From positions 267,137-331,136 of the forward strand of contig JBBRSP010000004.1 of assembly GCA_038245295.1 (NCBI GenBank): 64,000 nt of DNA, read 5' to 3'. Of this stretch, positions 9,123 to 19,203 are shown piece by piece. How positions within the stretch are numbered: position 1 is the stretch's first letter; every line of letters starts with the position of its first letter. The translations under genes and the position numbers were made by a program. This stretch comes from Candidatus Binatia bacterium (lineage in GTDB: Bacteria > Desulfobacterota > Binatia > HRBIN30). The notes under the pieces were generated by a model. That model was not told the origin of the DNA, did not search any database, and saw nothing but the letters and a program-made list of their open reading frames with translations.

Positions 9123-9380
9123 ATGGAGATTGTGCTTACGGCAGAGCTCGAAGAGCTGGTCGAGGAAAAGCTTGCATCCGGGCAATACCCGACGCGCGCC
9201 GACGTGCTGCGTGCGGCGCTCCATCTTCTCGATGAGAGAGACCGCATATATCGCGCCCGTATCGACGGCCTGCGAACCGAGATCGAGAAGGGTACCGCCA
9301 GCGGCGCCCCGATCCGGGCGGCAACGGTGCTTGCCGCCCTCCATGCTAAGGGCAAAGCCCGTGCGATCCCCGTGAAATGA
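9123..9380 (+). CDS. parD: ParD-like ribbon-helix-helix antitoxin
   Basis: MEIVLTAELEELVEEKLASGQYPTRADVLRAALHLL fits ParD/CopG-type antitoxins; ATGA overlap with the downstream toxin-like ORF. Confidence 0.82.
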   Translation: MEIVLTAELEELVEEKLASGQYPTRADVLRAALHLLDERDRIYRARIDGLRTEIEKGTASGAPIRAATVLAALHAKGKARAIPVK

Positions 9381-9544
9381 ATCGCCTGCAGTTCCGTCCG
9401 GCCGCCACTGATGACCTCGAAGCCATCTGGGATTACGTCGCCGAGCGCGACGCCGCGGCTGCCGAGCACCTCATCTCCTCGATTTGGGAGACCTGCACGC
9501 TGCTCGCCCGCTCTCCGTTGATCGGACGCGACCGACTAGGGTAA
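9377..9544 (+). pseudogene. parE: Truncated ParE/RelE-family toxin (55 aa)
   Basis: Manual translation MNRLQFRPAATDDLEAIWDYVAERDAAAAEHLISSIWETCTLLARSPLIGRDRLG*; typical ParE N-terminal half only. Too short for the ORF track. Confidence 0.8.
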
Positions 9545-9630
9545 AGGGTCCTGCCCCCATTTTCGCTGGTCCGATGCTTGGTCGGCGACACCACTCCCTC
9601 GGCCTGAGCCTACAGCCCTGCCCGCGACCG

Positions 9631-10851
9631 CTATTCCGACGCCAACTGGATGCAGACCGCGACAACCTCCATCGCCTGGCGGACCTGGTCGATCGGCGGA
9701 CGCGTCGGCGACAGGCGAATGTTGCGGTCCTTCGGATCCTTGCCGAATGGATAGGTCGCGCCCGCCGGGGTCAGCGCAACGCCGGCTTCCTTGGCGAGTT
9801 GGACGACTTTGCTGGCGATGGGCTTGGCCGTGTCTAGGCTGACGAAGTAGCCACCCTTCGGTTTCGTCCAGCTGGCCAGTCCCTTGCCGGCTAGTTCTCG
9901 CGACAGGACTTCTTCCACCGCCGCAAACTTCGGGGCCAGGAGTTTGGCGTGGGCCTTCATCAGGCCGGTGATGCCGCCAGGATAACGCGACAGGAAAAGT
10001 ACGTGGCGGTACTGCTCGACCTTGTTGGGTGTGATCATTTGCGTGCCCATCCGCTCGCTGATCCAGGCGATGGTTTCCTTGCTGCCGCCAAGGAAGCTGA
10101 TGCCGGCGCCGGCGAAGGTCATCTTGGACGTCGACCCGAACAGGATGACGCGTGTCGGATGTCCCGCCTTCTTGGCCGCGCCGAGCAGATCGGGATGCGC
10201 GGGCGGCGTGTCGTCGAGGTGGTGCACGGCGTACGCGTCGTCGGCGAAGATGGTGAAGTCAGGCGCGGCGGTCTTCATCGCACCCAGGCGGTCGGCCACC
10301 GACTGGGAGGTCGTCTCACCGGTCGGGTTGCTGTACGTCGGAACGTAGAGCAGCCCTTTGATACTTGCGTCGCCGGCGACCAGCGTTTCGATGGCCGCGA
10401 TGTCGGGGCCATCCGCCGTCATACCCACCGGGATCATGGTGATGCCGAGGCGTTCGAGCATGAGGAAGTGCCGGTCATAGCCAGGCACGGTGACGATGAA
10501 CTTCACGTCGCCCTTGCACCACGGCGCCGCGCTTCCCGGCACGCCTTTGAGCATCGCCCACATCAGCACGGTGCCTTCCAGGGCGAGACTGGCGTTGTTG
10601 CCGACTATGATTTCGTCGGGCTGAATGCCAAGCATCGGCGCGAACAATTCACGCGCTTCCTTGAGGCCCGTAATGCCGCCGGGATAGTTTCTGAGCGCCA
10701 CACCGCTGGTTGTGACCAGCGACTTGTCGTCGACAATGGTCAGCATCGGGTTGGATAGGTCGAAGTTGTCGTCGCCGGGCTGACCGCGAGTCAGATCCAG
10801 TTTCAAGCCCAGGCCGCACAGGGCATCGTAGCGTTCGCGTGAGGTGCTCAT
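9631..10851 (-). CDS. PLP-dependent aminotransferase (actinobacterial aspartate aminotransferase-like)
   Basis: LDLTRGQP, PGYDRHF, YSNPTG, DDAY and STSK (PLP lysine). ATG 10851 follows AAGGA. Confidence 0.88.
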   Translation of the reverse strand: MSTSRERYDALCGLGLKLDLTRGQPGDDNFDLSNPMLTIVDDKSLVTTSGVALRNYPGGITGLKEARELFAPMLGIQPDEIIVGNNASLALEGTVLMWAMLKGVPGSAAPWCKGDVKFIVTVPGYDRHFLMLERLGITMIPVGMTADGPDIAAIETLVAGDASIKGLLYVPTYSNPTGETTSQSVADRLGAMKTAAPDFTIFADDAYAVHHLDDTPPAHPDLLGAAKKAGHPTRVILFGSTSKMTFAGAGISFLGGSKETIAWISERMGTQMITPNKVEQYRHVLFLSRYPGGITGLMKAHAKLLAPKFAAVEEVLSRELAGKGLASWTKPKGGYFVSLDTAKPIASKVVQLAKEAGVALTPAGATYPFGKDPKDRNIRLSPTRPPIDQVRQAMEVVAVCIQLASE

Positions 10852-10905
10852 GGCTTCCTTGATTCGCCATATCGCAGGGAAAAATCCAGGGGCCAGCCTA
10901 CGCAC

Positions 10906-10983
10906 CGCAGGCTGAAGCCTGCGCCTACCACGCTGAAACACGCAGGCGGAGCGGAAACGGGTAGGCGCAGGCTTCAGCCTGCG
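10906..10983. repeat. GTAG-type REP inverted doublet (GTAGGCGCAGGCTTCAGCCTGCG)
   Basis: Exact inverted 23-bp copies at 10906-10928 and 10961-10983. Confidence 0.92.
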
Positions 10984-10989
10984 GCGTTC

Positions 10990-13608
10990 TCAGGCGGCGT
11001 CGCTAGCCGGCGTCGGAATTTCGAGAAAGCGCCGCAGAGCACCAGCAATCTCTTGTCTCGCGCCGTTGGCCGATAGGATCACGTCCACCGCGGGAATGGC
11101 CGTGTGGATCTGGCCGCGGCAGAACAGCTGGCGCACGTCGCACCCCGCCTTCTTCAGCGCCGCCGCATACGCCGCGCCTTCATCGCGTAGTGGGTCGAAC
11201 TCACAGGTCACGACCAACGCCGGCGGAAGCTTGGACAAATCGGTGGCGCGCAGCGGCGAGGCCTTGGGCTGCTGGCGCTGCTGCGGGTCGGCATAGTGAT
11301 TCCAGAACCACCGCATCAACGATGTGGTCAGCCCATAGCCGTCGCCGTTCTCGGCATAGGACGCACGTTCGAAGTCGCAATCGGTCACCGGCGTTATCAA
11401 CACTTGCCCGGCGATCACCGGCCCACCGGCGTCGCGCGCCATCTGGCAGACGACCGCGGCGATGTTGCCGCCTGCACTCCAACCGCACAGCGCCAGCGGC
11501 CCCGGCTGCCCGCCCAACTCTTCGGCATGCTCGGCGATCCAGCGCACCGCCGCGAATCCGTCGTCGATCGCGGCGGGGAAACGCGACTCGGGCGCGTGGC
11601 GGTAATTGACGGAAACCACCGTCGCCCCCGAATGGGCACACAGGTAGCGACAGAACGGATCGTCGGAATCGTGTCCGCCAAGCACCCAACCGCCACCGTG
11701 GAAGTACACGACAATCGGCGACCGCCCTGCCGCCGTCGGCCGGTAAACGCGATACGACAGTGACCCGGCGGCACCAGGCAACATGCCGTCGGCGATCGCA
11801 CCGACCTTCGGACCCGGCGGCTGCTGCGCCGCCATCGTCACCATGAGCCCACGCGCGTCCTCGACCGACAACGTATCGAGCGCCGGCACCTTGAGCTCCT
11901 GCATCACCTCGAGCAGGATCTCCGCGTCGGGCTGCAAACGTCGAATCACTCCGTCGTGGCATTGCGCTCCGCCGGGACCGCTGAGGGCGAATCCGAGATA
12001 GTCGCGGCGCACCACTTCGTCACACGTCAGGCGATAACGATCGACGCCACCAATGTACGGCAGGAACACGCGCGCCTTGCCGGGAACATTGGCGCCCATG
12101 TACCAGGAGTTGGCGCGCGGGAATAAGGAGATCTCGCCAAAGTCGTTCACATGCTGCACCCAGGCCGCTTCGGCGCTCGACGTCGGCTCGATCGTTGTCC
12201 ATCGATGCTCGCGCATGTGCGCCAGACAGGCGCCAATCCAATCGACGTGCTGCTCGATCGACACCACCATGTTCGACAGGACCGAGGGGCTGCCGGGACC
12301 AGTGATGGTGAAGAAATTTGGAAAGTCGTGGATCATCAGGCCAAGATAGGTCTTCGGGCCGTCTTTCCATTTGGTGGCTAGCGACAAACCGTTGCGACCT
12401 TCGACATCGACGGCGACGATGGCGCCGGTCATCGCGTCGAACCCGGTGGCGAAGACGATCACGTCGAACTCGAACGAACGCGACGCGGTCTCGACGCCCG
12501 TCTCGGTGATCGTGCGGATCGGGTCTTGGCGCAGATCGATGAGATGAACGTTCGGCAGGTTGAACGTCTCGAAGTACTTCGTATCGATGCACGGCCGTTT
12601 GGTGCCGTAGTAATGGTTGGTCGGACACAACGTCTCGGCGGTTTGCGGGTCGCGCACGATCGAGCGGATCTTGCCGCGCAGGAACTCGCAGACGGTGTCG
12701 TTGGCTTCGGGGTTGGACAAGATGTCCGCATAGGCGTTGCCGAAGGCGAGAAGATCGCCCGACTCGTACGCCGCCTCGTACTTCGCGCGCCGCTCATCCT
12801 CCGGAACCTGCATCACGCGCAACATCGGAATCTCGCGCGGAACCCCGGCATTCGACATCCGGCCCGCTTGGCGGTAGGCGCGCGGATCGCTGTCGAACGC
12901 CGTCTTCTTCGCCGCCGATACCGGGCCGTTCTTGGCCGGCCGCGAGAAGTTGGGCGTGCGTTGGAACACCGTCAGCTCGGCGGCCTGCTGCGCGATGATC
13001 GGAATCGATTGAACGCCCGAGGAGCCGGTGCCGATGACGGCGACGCGTTTCCCGGAGAAATCGACACCCTGATGCGGCCAGCGGCCGGTGTAGTACGAAT
13101 CCCCCCGAAAGCGCTCGGCGCCGGGGATGTCCGGCGTTTTCGGCACCGACAGACAGCCGGTGGCCATGACGTAGTAGCGACAGCGCAGGTCATCGCCACG
13201 GCTCGTGTGCAGGCGCCAAAGCGCCGCGTCGTTGTCCCAGCGCGCCGACTCGACGCGTGTCGAGAAGCGGATGTCGCGCCGCAGATCGTGTTTGTCGGCG
13301 ACGTGGCCGAGGTAGCGGAGAATTTCCGGTTGCGTCGCGTAGCGCTCCGACCACTGCCATTCTTTTTCCAGCTCCGCATCGAAGCTGTACGAGTAGTCGA
13401 TACTCTCGATGTCGCAGCGAGCGCCGGGATAGCGGTTCCAGTACCAGGTGCCGCCGACGTCGTCGGCGCTCTCGAGCACCGTGGCCGTGAATCCCAGGGC
13501 GCGTAGGCGGTAGAGCATGTAAAGACCGGCGAAGCCGGCGCCGACTACGACGACGTCGAAGTCGGTGGCCTCATGCGAACTCTGTATCGATTCATCCGTT
13601 GCCGTCAT
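10990..13608 (-). CDS. Type I Baeyer-Villiger monooxygenase fused to an HSL-family alpha/beta hydrolase
   Basis: [39 protein letters not shown] and KRP; then HGGGW, GWSAGG, DPLRDE and GQIH in the same frame. Confidence 0.92.
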   Translation of the reverse strand: MTATDESIQSSHEATDFDVVVVGAGFAGLYMLYRLRALGFTATVLESADDVGGTWYWNRYPGARCDIESIDYSYSFDAELEKEWQWSERYATQPEILRYLGHVADKHDLRRDIRFSTRVESARWDNDAALWRLHTSRGDDLRCRYYVMATGCLSVPKTPDIPGAERFRGDSYYTGRWPHQGVDFSGKRVAVIGTGSSGVQSIPIIAQQAAELTVFQRTPNFSRPAKNGPVSAAKKTAFDSDPRAYRQAGRMSNAGVPREIPMLRVMQVPEDERRAKYEAAYESGDLLAFGNAYADILSNPEANDTVCEFLRGKIRSIVRDPQTAETLCPTNHYYGTKRPCIDTKYFETFNLPNVHLIDLRQDPIRTITETGVETASRSFEFDVIVFATGFDAMTGAIVAVDVEGRNGLSLATKWKDGPKTYLGLMIHDFPNFFTITGPGSPSVLSNMVVSIEQHVDWIGACLAHMREHRWTTIEPTSSAEAAWVQHVNDFGEISLFPRANSWYMGANVPGKARVFLPYIGGVDRYRLTCDEVVRRDYLGFALSGPGGAQCHDGVIRRLQPDAEILLEVMQELKVPALDTLSVEDARGLMVTMAAQQPPGPKVGAIADGMLPGAAGSLSYRVYRPTAAGRSPIVVYFHGGGWVLGGHDSDDPFCRYLCAHSGATVVSVNYRHAPESRFPAAIDDGFAAVRWIAEHAEELGGQPGPLALCGWSAGGNIAAVVCQMARDAGGPVIAGQVLITPVTDCDFERASYAENGDGYGLTTSLMRWFWNHYADPQQRQQPKASPLRATDLSKLPPALVVTCEFDPLRDEGAAYAAALKKAGCDVRQLFCRGQIHTAIPAVDVILSANGARQEIAGALRRFLEIPTPASDAA

Positions 13609-13669
13609 GTCGATTCTCCGTGAGTTGCTGATTGTACTGTTCTGCTCATAAATCAACCTGGGCAGCGGC

Positions 13670-13726
13670 CGCAGGCTAAAGCCTGCGCCTACCGCTTCGA
13701 ACCCGCGGGCTAAAGCCTGCGCCTAC
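13670..13726. repeat. Two tandem GTAG-type REP copies
   Basis: CGCAGGCTAAAGCCTGCGCCTAC at 13670-13692 and a variant at 13704-13726. Confidence 0.9.
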
Positions 13727-13839
13727 CGTCATTCAGGCGAACGCCGGAATCTCGCCGGCCTTCCCATTACCGGAACCGGCCGATTCTATCCGCAGGGATA
13801 TTGAATTTGCTACCGCGATCATGGGACTACAGACGTCCG

Positions 13840-15456
13840 ATGGAATTCAACTTAGCGGATCTATTCGAGCAGGCGGTCGACCACTTCGGCGACCGCGAGT
13901 ATCTGGTCTGTGACGGCAAGCGCCGCACCTATCGCGAAATGGAGGAACGCGCCAATCGCTTGGCCCACTTCCTGGCGGCGAAGGGAATTGGCCCCGGCGA
14001 TCACGTCGGCATCTATGCCCTCAACAGCGTTGAATGGGTTGAGACACTGTGGGCGGTCTTCAAGATCCGCGCCGTGTGGATCAACATCAATTACCGCTAC
14101 GTTGAGCACGAGCTCGAGTATCTGTTCTCGAACGCCGACCTGAAGGCGCTGGTCTACCAGCGCACCTACGCGCCGCGCGTCGCGGGCGTACTCGGCGCGA
14201 TGCCGATGTGCCGCGTGTCGTTGGTCATCGAGGACGGCAGCACGGAAGACTATTCCACCATCGGGTCGGTGCCCTACGAGGAAGCCCTGGCCTCGGCGTC
14301 GCCGGCTCGCGACTTCGCGCCGCGTTCGGGCGACGACCTCTATATCCTCTACACGGGTGGGACGACGGGGATGCCCAAGGGCGTCGTATGGCGCCACGAG
14401 AATGTCTTCATGGCGCTCGGCGGCGGCATCGATCCGATGACCAGCGAGCGTGTTGCGCGGCCCGAAGACGTTGTCCAGAAGGGCAAGACGGGCATGGAGC
14501 TCGGCTTTCTGCCGATCGCGCCGCTCATGCACGGGGCGACGCAATGGGCCGTCATGGGCCAGAGCTTCATCGGCAACAAAATCGTTCTGATGGGCAAGTT
14601 CGAGGCGCAGGAAGTGTGGACACTTCTCGAACGCGAACGCGTCAACTCGGTAATGATCACCGGCGACGCCATGGGCCGGCCGCTCATCGAGGCGCTCAAC
14701 GCGCCCGACGCCGCCTGGGACACCTCGTCGTTCTTTCTGCTTACCAGCAGCGCGGCGACGTTCTCGCCGATGGTGAAAGAGCAATTCCTGGCGCGCTTTC
14801 CCAACTTGATGATCCTCGACGCCGTGGGTTCGTCGGAGACCGGCAACGCCGGCATGACCATGGCGCAGGCCGGCCAGAGCCGTGCCGCGGAGGGTCCGAC
14901 GATTCGCGCTCTCAAGCAAACGATCGTCCTCGACGAGGATGGCAACGCCGTGCAGCCGGGCTCCGGTGTGATCGGCAAGCTCGCGGCGTCTGGCGACATC
15001 CCGCTCGGCTATTACAAGGATCCGGTCAAGACGGCCGAGACCTTCGTCACCTTCGGCGGCGTGCGTTACGCCATCCCCGGCGACTTTGCCCTTGTCGAGG
15101 CCGACGGTCGCATCAGCGTGCTCGGGCGCGGCTCGGTGTCGATCAACTCCGGTGGCGAGAAAATCTTCCCGGAGGAAGTCGAGATGGCGGTCAAATCGCA
15201 TCCCGATATCTTCGATTGCACGGTCGTCGGGGTGCCCGACGAGCGCTGGGGCAACCGCGTCGTCGCCGTCGTGCAATTGCGGCCGGGAACGAATCCAACG
15301 CTGAAGTCGGTTCAGGACCACTGCCGCACCCTGATCGCCGGGTACAAATTGCCGCGCGACATCCACGTCGTCGACGCCATCGTTCGCTCGCCGAGCGGCA
15401 AGCCCGATTACCGCTGGGCCAAGGCCTGCGCCACGGCCGCCGCCGAGAAGGCCTGA
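13840..15456 (+). CDS. fadD19: Acyl-CoA synthetase, FadD19-like
   Basis: YTGGTTGMPKG AMP-binding motif; NINYRYVEHELEYLF, GDAMGRP, GGEKIFPEEVE and RSPSGKPDYRWA resemble mycobacterial FadD19. Confidence 0.8.
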   Translation: MEFNLADLFEQAVDHFGDREYLVCDGKRRTYREMEERANRLAHFLAAKGIGPGDHVGIYALNSVEWVETLWAVFKIRAVWININYRYVEHELEYLFSNADLKALVYQRTYAPRVAGVLGAMPMCRVSLVIEDGSTEDYSTIGSVPYEEALASASPARDFAPRSGDDLYILYTGGTTGMPKGVVWRHENVFMALGGGIDPMTSERVARPEDVVQKGKTGMELGFLPIAPLMHGATQWAVMGQSFIGNKIVLMGKFEAQEVWTLLERERVNSVMITGDAMGRPLIEALNAPDAAWDTSSFFLLTSSAATFSPMVKEQFLARFPNLMILDAVGSSETGNAGMTMAQAGQSRAAEGPTIRALKQTIVLDEDGNAVQPGSGVIGKLAASGDIPLGYYKDPVKTAETFVTFGGVRYAIPGDFALVEADGRISVLGRGSVSINSGGEKIFPEEVEMAVKSHPDIFDCTVVGVPDERWGNRVVAVVQLRPGTNPTLKSVQDHCRTLIAGYKLPRDIHVVDAIVRSPSGKPDYRWAKACATAAAEKA

Positions 15457-15467
15457 GGAAAGCTCCG

Positions 15468-16637
15468 ATGCACCTGGCGTACACACTGGAACAGGAAGCT
15501 TTGAAGGGCGAACTGCGCGCCTACTTCAGCGCGTTGATGACGCCGGAAGTCGAGGCCGAAGTAGCGGTCGGCAACACCGGTGGGTCCCACTGTCTCGAAG
15601 CAGTACGAAAGATGGGGCGCGACGGCTGGCTCGGCATTGGTTGGCCGAAGGAATACGGCGGCCAGGGACGCGGCCTGGTCGATCAGTTTATTTTTTACGA
15701 CGAGGCGTGGCGCGCCCTGGCGCCGATTCCGGCGCTGACGATCAATGCCATCGCGCAAACCATCATGGCGTTCGGCAACGACGAACAGAAACAGTTCTTC
15801 CTGCCGCGCATCCTGCGCGGCGAGTTGCACTTCGCCGTGGGGTATACCGAGGCCAATGCCGGCACCGATCTGGCGTCACTGCAGACGCGCGCCGTGCGCG
15901 ACGGTGACGACTGGGTGATCAACGGCCAGAAACTCTACACGAGCTTGGCTGGTTATGCCGACTACATCTGGCTTGCCGCGCGCACCGACCCCGAGGCGCC
16001 GAAACACCGCGGCATCACCATCTTCGCCGTGCCAACGACCGCAACGGGCTTTTCCTATTCGATGATTCACACGTTGGTGAGCGCCGGAACCACGACGACG
16101 TATTACGACAATGTGCGCGTCCCCAACTCGGCGATCGTCGGTGGACTGCACAAGGGCTGGAAGCTGATCACCAACCAGCTCAACTACGAACGTGTGGCGA
16201 TCTGCCCGCCCGGCATGGTCGAACAGGTGTACGAACAAACCGTGAGTTGGGCGCGGGAACATCGGCTCGCCGACGGTCGGCGCGTCATCGACCAGGAGTG
16301 GGTGCAACTCAACCTCGCCCGCGTCTACGCGCGGCTCGAATATCTGCGACTTCTGAATTGGAAGGCGGCCGCGGCCACCGACATGAATCCCGCCAATTCC
16401 AGCGCCACCAAGGTGTTCGGAACGGAATTCTTCTGCGAGGCGTATCGACTGCTGCTCGAGGTCTTCGGCCAGGCCGGCTACCTGCGCGGCAATTCCACGG
16501 GCGCGGTGCTGCGCGGCCGCATCGAACGCGCCTACCAGGGTACCCTGTTCCTGACGTTCGGCGGCGGCACGAATGAAATCCAGCGCGATCTGATCGCCCT
16601 GTTCGGCCTCGGCATGCCGCGGGTGCCGCGTTTCTGA
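15468..16637 (+). CDS. fadE26: Acyl-CoA dehydrogenase, FadE26/ChsE4-like
   Basis: MHLAYTLEQEALKGELRAYF, GWPKEYGGQG, GYTE..AGTDLASL, TFGGGTNEIQRD. Only the 3' part of the 809-aa ORF is real. Confidence 0.82.
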   Translation: MHLAYTLEQEALKGELRAYFSALMTPEVEAEVAVGNTGGSHCLEAVRKMGRDGWLGIGWPKEYGGQGRGLVDQFIFYDEAWRALAPIPALTINAIAQTIMAFGNDEQKQFFLPRILRGELHFAVGYTEANAGTDLASLQTRAVRDGDDWVINGQKLYTSLAGYADYIWLAARTDPEAPKHRGITIFAVPTTATGFSYSMIHTLVSAGTTTTYYDNVRVPNSAIVGGLHKGWKLITNQLNYERVAICPPGMVEQVYEQTVSWAREHRLADGRRVIDQEWVQLNLARVYARLEYLRLLNWKAAAATDMNPANSSATKVFGTEFFCEAYRLLLEVFGQAGYLRGNSTGAVLRGRIERAYQGTLFLTFGGGTNEIQRDLIALFGLGMPRVPRF

Positions 16638-16664
16638 TCCTTCCTCGCCGCGGAGATTACCAAC

Positions 16665-17810
16665 ATGGATTTCACTCTCGATGAGAATCAACAGGCCGTG
16701 AGCGAGCTCGCGGCGCGTATCCTGACCGAGCAGCTACCGGCCGAGAAGTTGACCGCGATCGAAAGCGAGCCCGATCGCTTCGCCGCGCAGGCGTGGCGAG
16801 CCCTTGCCGAGGCCCAGTTGCTGGGCGTGCCGCTGAAGGAAGACGTCGGCGGCGCCGGCATGAGCATTCTGGAAGCCGGGCTCGTCCTGGAACAGATCGG
16901 CCGCACCGTGGCGCCCCTGCCCTATCTCGCGAGCGTCATTCTCACGGCGATGCCGATCGACGAGTTCGGCACAGCGGCGCAGCGCAGCCGCTACCTGCCC
17001 GGCGTCATCGATGGTTCGTTGATTTTGACGGCGGCGCTGGCGGAAGCAGGCAACGAGAACACGCCGGAGTCGCCGGGCACAGCGGCGACGCGCGACGGAA
17101 GCGGCTGGCGCATCGATGGGGAAAAACTGTTCGTCCCAGCGGCGCATCTGGCAGGGCGCATCCTCATCCCCGCACGTATCGGCAATGATGGTGTCGGCGT
17201 GTTCCTGGTCGATCCGCACGCGACTGGCGTGACGCTGGAACGTGTGGAAACGACGAGCCTCGAGCCGCAGTTCCATGTTTCGTTGTCCGGCGCGAAGGTC
17301 GCCGCCGATGATGTTCTCGGCGATCCGGCACAGGGAGCGGCGATTGTGCGTTGGATCGTTCAACGCGGCTTGGCGGGATTGTGCAGCCTGCAGGCAGGGG
17401 TGTGCGATGCGGCGCTGCGCATGACGGCGCGCCATGTATCGGAACGCGAGCAATTCAACGTCAAGATCGCCACGTTCCAAGCGGTCGCGCATCGCGCCGC
17501 GGATTCGTACATCGACAGTGAAGCCGTCACTCTGACCTCGCGGCTGGCGGCCTGGCGACTCGCCAACGGCCTGCCCGCCGACGATGCCCTGTCGGTGGCG
17601 AAGTACTGGGCGGCCGAAGGCGGGCAGCGAGTCGCCCATGCCGCGCAGCATCTACACGGCGGTATCGGCGTGGACACGGCCTATCCCCTGCATCGCTACT
17701 TCCGTTGGACCAAGCAGATCGAGCTCACCTTCGGCGGAGCGATGGTTCACCTGACGCGGCTCGGCGCCAGCATCGCCGCGCGACCCGTCGGAAGTGGCGC
17801 GTCGAGTTAA
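16665..17810 (+). CDS. fadE27: Acyl-CoA dehydrogenase partner subunit, FadE27/ChsE5-like
   Basis: MDFTLDENQ, REQF..KIATFQAV, HLHGGIGVD..YPLHRYF; adjacent to the FadE26-like gene. Confidence 0.78.
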   Translation: MDFTLDENQQAVSELAARILTEQLPAEKLTAIESEPDRFAAQAWRALAEAQLLGVPLKEDVGGAGMSILEAGLVLEQIGRTVAPLPYLASVILTAMPIDEFGTAAQRSRYLPGVIDGSLILTAALAEAGNENTPESPGTAATRDGSGWRIDGEKLFVPAAHLAGRILIPARIGNDGVGVFLVDPHATGVTLERVETTSLEPQFHVSLSGAKVAADDVLGDPAQGAAIVRWIVQRGLAGLCSLQAGVCDAALRMTARHVSEREQFNVKIATFQAVAHRAADSYIDSEAVTLTSRLAAWRLANGLPADDALSVAKYWAAEGGQRVAHAAQHLHGGIGVDTAYPLHRYFRWTKQIELTFGGAMVHLTRLGASIAARPVGSGASS

Positions 17811-17926
17811 GACCTTCGCATTTTCGGTTTTCCGCCGTGGGGCGGGCTGAAGGCTTGGGCAGAGGCAAGAGGCTGAGGCTCAGTACTGTTCGGCACAAAT
17901 GCGGTGACGTATCCGCAAGCGCCCTC

Positions 17927-18140
17927 CGCAGTCTAAAGCCTGCGCCTACCGGTCCGCTTTAGGGTGCCTACTCAGCCTGGTAAGCGCAGGCTTCAGAGGC
18001 TGTCTCAAAACATAGGCTCACCCTTCGACGGGCTCAGGGCGAGCGGACAAAATGTCTTTGAAAATCAACCAAGCACCCGCTCAGGCTGAGCCTGTCGAAG
18101 CCGGCTCCGTAAGGTTTTGAGACAGCCTCTTCAGCCTGCG
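17927..18140. repeat. GTAG-type REP inverted doublet; second copy interrupted by a MITE
   Basis: Copy at 17927-17949; second copy GTAAGCGCAGGCTTCA|...|GCCTGCG split between 17980-17995 and 18134-18140. Confidence 0.85.
17996..18129. mobile_element. 134-bp MITE with perfect 16-bp TIRs and 4-bp TTCA target-site duplication
   Basis: GAGGCTGTCTCAAAAC (17996-18011) and GTTTTGAGACAGCCTC (18114-18129); TTCA at 17992-17995 and 18130-18133. Confidence 0.92.
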
Positions 18141-18381
18141 GCGCGTGAGCCCAATGCTTCCGAACAGCCGCGAAATACGTCGCCGAACTAATGAACCGGA
18201 GTACTTAGGTCGGGCTTAGGTTCGGGGCTTACCGCTTGCGCTCCACTCGGCGACCGGCCCCGCGATCTCGGGAACCTCCTCAACCAATGAGGCCAAGAAC
18301 GCGGATACGTCGGTGCACGGAAGACCGGCGCTTTGTCCGGCCCACATAGGCAAGCGGTCCGAGCGGCCGGCCGCCGAAGGC

Positions 18382-19203
18382 TCAGGTCTTGAGGAATGCC
18401 AGGAGATCGGCGTTGACCTTATCCTTGAGCGTCGTGCACATGCCGTGTGGGGCGCCTTTGTAGACCTCGAGCTTGGCGCCCTTGACCAGCTTCGAGGAGA
18501 GCATCGCCGCGGCGCCGATCGGCACGATCTGATCGTCGTCGCCGTGCAGGATGAGGGTCGGCACATCGAACTTCTTGAGATCCTCGGTGGTGTCGGTCTC
18601 GGAGAAGGCCTTGATGCAGAAGTACGACGCCGGAAAGCCGGCCATCATGCCCTGTAACCAGAAGGATTTTCGCACGCCTTCCGAGATCTTCGCGCCCGGC
18701 CGGTTGTAACCGTAGAATGGCAGGCTGAGCTCCTCCCAGAACTTCGCGCGATCGGCGACCACATTGGCGCGCAGTCCGTCGAAGACGTCGATCGGCAGGC
18801 CGCCTGGATTGGCTGGCGTCTTCAGCATCAGCGGTGGAATGGCGCCGATGAGCACCGCCTTGGCGACTCGTTTCGTGCCATGGCGGCCGATGTAGCGAGC
18901 GACTTCGCCGCCGCCGGTGGAATGGCCGACATGGACGGCGTTTTTGAGATCGAGGGTCTCGACCAGCGCCGCGAGGTCGTCAGCGTAGGTGTCGAGGTCG
19001 TTGCCATTCCAGGGCTGGCTCGAGCGGCCGTGGCCGCGTCGATCGTGGGCAATGCAGCGATAACCGCGCGACGCCAGGAAGAACATCTGATCCTCGAACG
19101 CGTCGGCACTCAACGGCCACCCGTGGCTAAAGACAACGGGCTGGCCGGTACCCCAATCGTTGTAGAAGATCCGAGTGCCGTCTTTGGTCGTGATGATGCT
19201 CAT
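18382..19203 (-). CDS. cpo: Non-heme chloroperoxidase/perhydrolase (alpha/beta hydrolase)
   Basis: [32 protein letters not shown] and GAPHG. ATG 19203 follows GAGGAG. Confidence 0.9.
   Translation of the reverse strand: MSIITTKDGTRIFYNDWGTGQPVVFSHGWPLSADAFEDQMFFLASRGYRCIAHDRRGHGRSSQPWNGNDLDTYADDLAALVETLDLKNAVHVGHSTGGGEVARYIGRHGTKRVAKAVLIGAIPPLMLKTPANPGGLPIDVFDGLRANVVADRAKFWEELSLPFYGYNRPGAKISEGVRKSFWLQGMMAGFPASYFCIKAFSETDTTEDLKKFDVPTLILHGDDDQIVPIGAAAMLSSKLVKGAKLEVYKGAPHGMCTTLKDKVNADLLAFLKT

Larger units (their letters stand above)
17883..18204. mobile_element. Putative outer non-autonomous MITE with imperfect terminal inverted repeats
   Basis: 17879-17912 and the reverse complement of 18175-18208 match 22/34 ungapped (CTxAGTACT...CGGxGACGTAT); flanks TCA and TTA. 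Confidence 0.5.

Noticed and set aside
10852..10941. N-terminal extension of the aminotransferase
   Set aside because: It runs through a REP element; ATG 10851 has an SD.
13670..13726. Tandem 23-bp repeats as a possible CRISPR array
   Set aside because: Only two units with an 11-nt spacer, no cas genes, and the same sequence is dispersed as REPs.
14208..15467. N-terminal 420 aa of the 809-aa ORF, suggesting a large ACAD fusion
   Set aside because: It overlaps the fadD19-like gene in another frame and is R/G-rich nonsense; the ACAD starts at ATG 15468.
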